This document shows positions 27,245 to 32,000 of a stretch of DNA of 32,000 nt, piece after piece (positions within the stretch are counted from its first letter, which is position 1; each line of letters opens with the position of its first letter). The notes beneath the pieces were generated by a model that saw only the letters and a list, made by a program, of their open reading frames with translations, searched no databases and was not told the DNA's origin. The DNA is from Synechocystis sp. PCC 6803 substr. PCC-P (GTDB taxonomy: Bacteria; Cyanobacteriota; Cyanobacteriia; Cyanobacteriales; Microcystaceae), in the NCBI RefSeq assembly GCF_000284455.1, contig NC_017039.1:330001-362000 (forward strand), given 5' to 3'. The translations under genes and the position numbers were made by a program.

Positions 27245-27697
27245 ATGGTTGAAGCAACAGCCCTCACCTCACTTTACGAACAAGATTATCCTGCCTGGTT
27301 AGATTTGACCCTAACACAACTTAAACAGCAGCAATTTAGCGTCATTGATTGGGCTAATTTGATTGAGGAAATAGAAGAATTGGGCCGAGAACAACGACAC
27401 AAGGTAGAAAGTTATCTGTTGCGTCTTCTCATCCACCTACTTTTGTACGAGCATTGGCAAGCTGAACGCCCCTGGTCAGGTAAAGGCTGGGAAAAAGAGA
27501 TTGATAATTTTCGGTTAGAGCTTGATTCCCTGCTGGAGTCCCAAGTTCTTCATAACCATTTTGAGACAGTTCTACCAAAAAACTACGCCAAAGCCCGCAA
27601 ACTGGCTATCAAAAAATCTCACTTATCACCAACAATATTTCCTGAAGTTTGTCCCTATACCCTGGGTCAAATTCTTGACTTTGGTTGGTTGCCATAA
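27245..27697 (+). CDS. DUF29 family protein (copy 2 of 2)
   Basis: 150-aa ORF with an ATG start. LYEQDYPAWLDLTLTQLKQQQFSVIDWANLIEEIEELGREQRHKVESYLLRLLIHLLLYEHW ... FPEVCPYTLGQILDFGWLP follows the DUF29 pattern. Confidence 0.85.
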   Translation: MVEATALTSLYEQDYPAWLDLTLTQLKQQQFSVIDWANLIEEIEELGREQRHKVESYLLRLLIHLLLYEHWQAERPWSGKGWEKEIDNFRLELDSLLESQVLHNHFETVLPKNYAKARKLAIKKSHLSPTIFPEVCPYTLGQILDFGWLP

Positions 27698-27747
27698 TCA
27701 AAAAAGTTTTTATAATTGTTGGTAAATTTACCGGACGATTAAGTATT

Positions 27748-28608
27748 ATGTCTGCCATAACTGCCCAAGAGTTAGAAGCTCAAATGCCCGATGCTAGTCA
27801 ATTATTGAGCGATGAACCAGAAATGGAAAGTTCTTTGCACTATATGCAGTTACTACTGTTAGTTACCTGCTTAGAATTGGCCTGGCAAGACCGAAACGAT
27901 TTTTTTATTGGTGCAAATTTGACTATCTATTTTAGCCGTCAGCAATTAAAGAGTCATGACTTTCGTGGTCCTGACTTTTTCTTGGTTAAAAATACTGCCA
28001 GAAAACCTCGAAAATCTTGGGTGGTTTGGGAGGAAGATGGTCGCTATCCTGATTTGATTATTGAGCTTTTATCGGATTCGACTGCAGACACTGATCGCCA
28101 TTTGAAACGAGATTTATACGCAGAAAGATTTCATACACCAGAATATTTTTATTTTTCTCCGGATACCCTGGAGTTGGCGGGCTTTAGGCTAGATGGTGAC
28201 AAGTATCAACCTATTATACCCAATGATCAGGGTTGGCTTTGGAGTAAGGTGCTGGGTTTTTTCTTGGGAATAGAGGGGCAAGAATTGCGCTATTTCACCC
28301 TAGAGGGCGCTGTTCTCCCCACCCCCCAAGAAGCGGTAAGAATAGAAGTGGACAAGGGGATGGCCATGGTTGAACAGGAAAGACTCAAGGCAATTCAAGC
28401 TGAGCAGGATGCTGAACAGGAAAGACTCAAGGCAACTCAAGCTCAACAGGATGCTGAACAGGAAAGACTCAAGGCAATTCAAGCTCAACAGGATGCTGAA
28501 CAGGAAAGACTCAAGGCAATTCAAGCTCAACAGGATGCTGAACAGGCTAAGGCTGAACTACAAAAATTACAAGATAAAGTTAGATCCCTTGGTATTTCTA
28601 TAGATTAA
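27748..28608 (+). CDS. Uma2 (DUF820) family putative endonuclease with an expanded repetitive coiled-coil tail, copy 4 of 5
   Basis: The alignment to the paralogue at 18701 begins exactly at MSAITAQELE, so I take the ATG at 27748 rather than the track start at 27685. The core is GPDFFLV ... YPDLIIELLSDST. The tail contains four 14-aa repeats. Confidence 0.87.
   Translation: MSAITAQELEAQMPDASQLLSDEPEMESSLHYMQLLLLVTCLELAWQDRNDFFIGANLTIYFSRQQLKSHDFRGPDFFLVKNTARKPRKSWVVWEEDGRYPDLIIELLSDSTADTDRHLKRDLYAERFHTPEYFYFSPDTLELAGFRLDGDKYQPIIPNDQGWLWSKVLGFFLGIEGQELRYFTLEGAVLPTPQEAVRIEVDKGMAMVEQERLKAIQAEQDAEQERLKATQAQQDAEQERLKAIQAQQDAEQERLKAIQAQQDAEQAKAELQKLQDKVRSLGISID
28382..28549 (+). repeat. 42-bp tandem repeat, 4 full copies plus a partial fifth, in-frame within the Uma2 gene
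   Basis: The unit is gaacaggaaagactcaaggcaattcaagctcaacaggatgct. Copies 3 and 4 are identical, copy 2 differs by 1 nt and copy 1 by 2 nt. Each unit encodes EQERLKAIQAQQDA, which is two heptads. Confidence 0.95.
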
Positions 28609-28615
28609 TTAGTTT

Positions 28616-28666
28616 ATGTCTAAATTCCGCGTTTACTACACTAATCCCTCGATCACCAAACTTTAA
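28616..28666 (+). pseudogene. Relic copy A of the 5' end of the DegT aminotransferase gene (17-codon stub ending in TAA)
   Basis: atgtctaaattccgcgtttactacactaatccctcgatcaccaaactttaa encodes MSKFRVYYTNPSITKL*. The live gene at 30030 begins MAKSRIYYTKPSITEL. The relic starts 7 nt after the Uma2 stop at 28608. Confidence 0.8.
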
Positions 28667-28759
28667 AGTGGAGAACTCCACCGCTGAGGCCAGCTATGAA
28701 GAAAAGATGCTAAAAGGTCACTTAGTTCTTAATTTACTTAACGGGGAAAATAAACTGCT

Positions 28760-29350
28760 ATGGTTTTTACATTAGAAAAGTCTCAATCAGCGGCTAATCA
28801 CTTAGTTTTACCAGGTGTTTCTTGGGAAAAGTTTGAGGAAATTGAAGCTACTTTTGAAGGTATTGAAGGAGTTCGTTTTATTTATTTAGATGGAGAGCTG
28901 GAAATTGTTATGAGTCCAAGCAAGGCCCATGAAAAAGCAAAAAGTACTATTGGGCTTTTGCTGGAAGCCTATATGAGGGCAAAGAAAATCAGGTTTTATA
29001 CGATGGGTAGTTTAACTTTAGGTACGAAAGAAGTTACGGGACGAAAGGAGCCAGATGAGTCCTATAATATTCACATAGTAAAGGACATTCCCGATTTAGT
29101 TATTGAGGTAATTGTCACTAGCGGGAGTATTAATATTTTGGAAATATACCGCCGCATTGGTGTTCCCGAAGTTTGGTTTTATCAGGATTCTGCATTGACC
29201 GTTTACACGCTTAAAGAGGGACAATATTTGAAGGTTGATAACAGTCAATTATTGCCAGAATTAAATCTAGAAATATTCGTAAAATATGTTAGTCACCCGG
29301 ATCAATATGATGCGGTAACTGAATTTATTGATGAGTTAACCTGTCTATAA
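28760..29350 (+). CDS. Uma2 (DUF820) family putative endonuclease, copy 5 of 5
   Basis: 196-aa ORF with an ATG start. LVLPGVSWEKFEEIEATFEGIEGVRFIYLDGELEIVMSPSKAHEKAKSTIGLLLEAY ... EPDESYNI ... IPDLVIEVIVTSGS ... YRRIGVPEVWFY follows the Uma2 pattern. The gene is visibly AT-rich. Confidence 0.85.
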   Translation: MVFTLEKSQSAANHLVLPGVSWEKFEEIEATFEGIEGVRFIYLDGELEIVMSPSKAHEKAKSTIGLLLEAYMRAKKIRFYTMGSLTLGTKEVTGRKEPDESYNIHIVKDIPDLVIEVIVTSGSINILEIYRRIGVPEVWFYQDSALTVYTLKEGQYLKVDNSQLLPELNLEIFVKYVSHPDQYDAVTEFIDELTCL

Positions 29351-29358
29351 TCGTTTTT

Positions 29359-29400
29359 ATTGCTAAATCCCGCATTTACTACACCAAGCCGTTGATCGCC
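29359..29400 (+). pseudogene. Relic copy B of the 5' end of the DegT aminotransferase gene (start codon degraded to ATT)
   Basis: attgctaaatcccgcatttactacaccaagccgttgatcgcc encodes (I)AKSRIYYTKPLIA. It has 2 mismatches to the live gene over the first 30 nt. It starts 8 nt after the Uma2 stop at 29350 and runs directly into the DUF4160 gene. Confidence 0.8.
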
Positions 29401-29405
29401 ATACA

Positions 29406-29663
29406 ATGCCCATTATTAGTCGTTTTTTAGGAATCACAATCTGCATGTACTAGAATGATCGTTCGCCTCCCCACTACCATGCAAGATACGGTGAATATGA
29501 AATCATTGTCGAAATCGAAACAGGTGTAGTGAATGGGTCATTTCCAAAACGAGCATTACGTCATGTTTTAGAATGGCATGATTTACATCAACCCGAGTTA
29601 ATAGCCAATTGGCAACTTTGTCGCCAACAAGAAGATCTAAAATTCATTCTTCCTTTGGAGTAA
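29406..29663 (+). pseudogene. DUF4160 family gene interrupted by an in-frame TAG at codon 16
   Basis: Below the 60-aa threshold of the ORF track. Hand translation gives MPIISRFLGITICMY*NDRSPPHYHARYGEYEIIVEIETGVVNGSFPKRALRHVLEWHDLHQPELIANWQLCRQQEDLKFILPLE*. This is full-length colinear with the DUF4160 consensus (MP.IS.F.GI.I.MY.NDH.PPHFHA.YGEYEA...). The TAG at 29451-29453 replaces a conserved aromatic residue. Confidence 0.7.
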
Positions 29664-29667
29664 AGTT

Positions 29668-29973
29668 ATGTTTTTACATGTTGTTTCTGCTTCTTACATG
29701 GATAACTACAAAATTAAGCTTCAATTTAATGATCATCGTACTGGAATTGTCGATCTAGTCGATAGTTTAAACGGCAAGATGTTTAGTCCATTGCAAGATC
29801 TGGTTTTGTTTCAACAATTTGGAGTTGATGCAGAATTGGGAACAGTTTGTTGGTCAAATGGTGCTGACTTTGCGCCTGAATATCTGTATTTTCTCGCATT
29901 TCGTGATCTTCCTGAATTGAAGGAACAGTTTGAAAAATGGGGGTATTTGCGAGCTAAAGTTGCCGTTAGTTGA
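29668..29973 (+). CDS. DUF2442 family protein (usual partner of DUF4160)
   Basis: 101-aa ORF with an ATG 4 nt after the DUF4160 stop. YKIKLQFNDHRTGIVDL ... FGVDAELGTVCWSNGADFAPEYLY is the typical DUF2442 pattern. Confidence 0.8.
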   Translation: MFLHVVSASYMDNYKIKLQFNDHRTGIVDLVDSLNGKMFSPLQDLVLFQQFGVDAELGTVCWSNGADFAPEYLYFLAFRDLPELKEQFEKWGYLRAKVAVS

Positions 29974-30029
29974 TTCTACCTCTGAAATAAATAACCCTGA
30001 TATGTGGAGTTCAAATTAAGACTGATTTT

Positions 30030-31166
30030 ATGGCTAAATCCCGCATTTACTACACTAAGCCCTCAATAACTGAGCTGGAAGTCGAGTATGCTACTGATGC
30101 CGCTCGCAATGGCTGGGGCGATCGCTGTTATGAATATATTGTGCGTTTTGAAGAAGTATTTAAAAAATATTTAGGGGTCGAATATAGCATTGCAACTTCT
30201 AGCTGTACGGGGGCTTTGCACATGGGGATGGCGGCTCTGGGGATTGGCCCTGGTGATGAGGTGATTTTAGCGGATACGAATTGGATTGCTACGGTGGCTC
30301 CCATTGTCCATCTGGGGGCCAAGCCGGTATTTGTGGATATTTTGCCAGATAGTTGGTGTATTGATCCCGTTTTGGCGGAGCAAGCGATTACGCCACGGAC
30401 GAAGGCGATTGTGGCGACTCATATTTACGGCAATCTCTGTGATATGGAGGCTTTATTGGCGATCGAGCAACGCCATGGCATTCCGATTATTGAGGATGCG
30501 GCAGAGGCGATCGGCTCGGTTTACCATGGCAAGCGGGCTGGCTCGATGGGTAAGTTTGGCAGTTTTTCTTTCCACGGTACGAAGACGTTGACAACTGGGG
30601 AAGGGGGGATGTTCGTGACCAATGATCCTGATTTATACGAGACGGTGTTAACGCTCTCGAATCATGGCCGGGCTAGGGGGCAAACGAAGCAGTTTTGGGC
30701 GGATATGGTGGGCTTTAAATATAAGATGTCCAATATCCAAGCGGCGATCGGCTGTGCTCAAATGGAGCGCATTGAAGAGTTGGTTAGCCGTAAACGGGAA
30801 ATCCTTAGTTACTATAAAGAAAATTTGGAGTCTTTACCGGGGATAACAATGAATCCTGAGCCAAAGGGTATGGTTAATGGTGGATGGATGCCAACGGCGG
30901 TATTTAGCCCTGAATCTGGTATTACTCGGGAAAAGTTACAAGTCCTTTTTAAGGAGGCGAATGTGGATGCCCGTGTTTTCTTTTGGCCGTTATCGAGTTT
31001 ATCGATGTTTGATGATAAGCCCACAAATAAGTTGGCATGGGATATTCCAACAAGGGCAATAAATTTGCCTAGTTATCATGATTTGAGTGGCAAGGATATT
31101 AAACAGGTTATTGATTCTATGACAGACAATCTTTATCCGAAAAACGCAAATAGATCAAAAAAATGA
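30030..31166 (+). CDS. DegT/DnrJ/EryC1/StrS family PLP-dependent NDP-sugar aminotransferase
   Basis: 378-aa ORF with an ATG start. It contains TSSCTGALHMGMAALGIGPGDEVI, DAAEAIGS and FSFHGTKTLTTGEGG. The PLP lysine is present, which argues for an aminotransferase rather than an E1-type 3-dehydrase. Confidence 0.9.
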   Translation: MAKSRIYYTKPSITELEVEYATDAARNGWGDRCYEYIVRFEEVFKKYLGVEYSIATSSCTGALHMGMAALGIGPGDEVILADTNWIATVAPIVHLGAKPVFVDILPDSWCIDPVLAEQAITPRTKAIVATHIYGNLCDMEALLAIEQRHGIPIIEDAAEAIGSVYHGKRAGSMGKFGSFSFHGTKTLTTGEGGMFVTNDPDLYETVLTLSNHGRARGQTKQFWADMVGFKYKMSNIQAAIGCAQMERIEELVSRKREILSYYKENLESLPGITMNPEPKGMVNGGWMPTAVFSPESGITREKLQVLFKEANVDARVFFWPLSSLSMFDDKPTNKLAWDIPTRAINLPSYHDLSGKDIKQVIDSMTDNLYPKNANRSKK

Positions 31167-32000
31167 ATCAACGAATCAAAGTAATGATTGCTGGGATTGG
31201 AGGGGCTTCTCTTGGCACAGAAATTTGTAAGTCCCTCAAACTGGCTAAAATATACGACGTATTTGGATGTGATATTTCTGCTACTGCCTATGGTATGTAT
31301 GAAAATGACTTTTTGAATACCTATCAAGTCTCATCTAGTAACTATGCGAGAAATGTTCTGGATGTTTGTGTTGATGCGGGCGTAAAATGGCTAATCCCAG
31401 GTGGCGAAGAGCCAATGAAACTGTTAGGTCAAGAAACAAAAATGTTTGCTGCGGCAAATATTCATGTGGTAGCAAATTCACCTAGTTTAATATCTATTTG
31501 CTCCAATAAAAAGCGTACTTTTAATAAATTAACTGAGTTAGAAATATCAATTCCTAAAACTATTGCGCTACAAAGTAAATCAGATTTAGACTACATCGGA
31601 TTGCCCTGTATTGTTAAGCCTTCAACGGGAACAGGGGGTAGTGTTTCTGTCTTTTTTGCTGTTAGTTTTGAAGAGGCTATGGTTTATGCTGAGTTTATTA
31701 AACGTAATGGAAGCGAGCCTATCGCTCAAGAATATATTGATATTAACGAGGGCGAATTTACGATTGGTGTTTTGTCTCTTCCCAACCAAAATGTTGTCGG
31801 TTCGATTGCTCTAAAGCGAGAATTGAGCGCCAAATTATCCGTTGCATACCGAGGCCGTGGTGGTATTATTTCTAGTGGCTACTCCCAAGGGTACATTGGT
31901 GAATATCCAGAATTGTGTAAGCAAGCGGAAGATATAGCTAAAGCACTCAATAGTGCTGGCCCTATTAATATCCAAGCAAGAGTCAGGAATGGAAAACTTA
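31163..32000 (+). CDS. ATP-grasp domain ligase (carbamoyl-phosphate-synthase-L-like), N-terminal ~279 codons; continues beyond the right edge
   Basis: Absent from the ORF track because it is edge-truncated. The ATG at 31163 overlaps the aminotransferase stop (ATGA). Hand translation gives MNQRIKVMIAGIGGASLGTEICKSLK ... LPCIVKPSTGTGGSVSVFFAVSFEEAMVYAEF ... IAQEYIDINEGEFTIGVL ..., open to 32000. Confidence 0.75.
   Translation, partial: MNQRIKVMIAGIGGASLGTEICKSLKLAKIYDVFGCDISATAYGMYENDFLNTYQVSSSNYARNVLDVCVDAGVKWLIPGGEEPMKLLGQETKMFAAANIHVVANSPSLISICSNKKRTFNKLTELEISIPKTIALQSKSDLDYIGLPCIVKPSTGTGGSVSVFFAVSFEEAMVYAEFIKRNGSEPIAQEYIDINEGEFTIGVLSLPNQNVVGSIALKRELSAKLSVAYRGRGGIISSGYSQGYIGEYPELCKQAEDIAKALNSAGPINIQARVRNGKL

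Noticed and set aside
27685-27747. Upstream extension of the Uma2 ORF (track start 27685)
   Set aside because: It overlaps the end of the DUF29 gene. Homology to the paralogue at 18701 begins exactly at the ATG at 27748.
28300-28603. ORFs at 28300-28530 (minus, 76 aa) and 28370-28603 (plus, 77 aa), and the possibility that the periodic repeat is a CRISPR array
   Set aside because: Both ORFs are by-products of the 42-bp tandem repeat remaining open in other frames. The repeat units are directly contiguous with no spacers and lie in frame inside a conserved gene, so this is not a CRISPR array.
27074-30117. A 3-kb HIP1-free stretch covering the distal cassettes, considered as evidence of foreign origin
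   Set aside because: Equally long HIP1-free gaps occur over core genes (for example ~8049-11299, covering apcD and metK). The gap alone is therefore not informative. Only the visible AT-richness is kept, as a separate and weaker finding.

Overview
This is a cyanobacterial chromosome segment. Gene content, gene order and the density of the HIP1 palindrome GCGATCGC (about 30 exact copies counted by eye, roughly 1 per kb) match my recollection of Synechocystis sp. PCC 6803 (region sll0936 ... slr0985). I cannot verify that without a search. Positions 1-18 kb are mostly housekeeping genes: a UbiD-like decarboxylase (edge-truncated, absent from the ORF track), a CbiG-CobJ fusion, DAHP synthase (legacy name ccmA), a Pam68 homologue, rpsO, apcD, metK, dusA, infC, tRNA-Val(UAC) and a Wzc-type polysaccharide co-polymerase/tyrosine kinase. 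Positions 18.7-32 kb form one uninterrupted plus-strand block encoding an ABC-transporter-dependent surface-polysaccharide pathway: wzm, wzt, rfbF, rfbG, an RmlC-like epimerase, a sugar C-methyltransferase, a DegT aminotransferase and an edge-truncated ATP-grasp ligase. Small accessory genes of unknown function sit at the head of that operon and split it at two internal junctions. They are Uma2/DUF820 nuclease-fold genes (four in this block, five in the window), two DUF29 genes (each directly upstream of a Uma2 gene), and a DUF4160 (TAG-interrupted)/DUF2442 pair. Four signals stand out as possibly novel. (i) The DUF29->Uma2 module recurs. (ii) Three diverged copies of the first ~45 nt of the aminotransferase gene bracket successive cassettes, and each relic sits 7-8 nt after a Uma2 stop codon. 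This looks like serial insertion targeted at the gene 5' end that restores the start codon, with no recognisable integrase or transposase nearby. (iii) One Uma2 gene carries a recently expanded 42-bp coding tandem repeat. (iv) At 20.5-20.9 kb two same-strand frames both read as plausible proteins. I saw no rRNA, CRISPR array, IS element or transposase. Several ORF-track starts are non-ATG 5' extensions and I trimmed them to better-supported starts.
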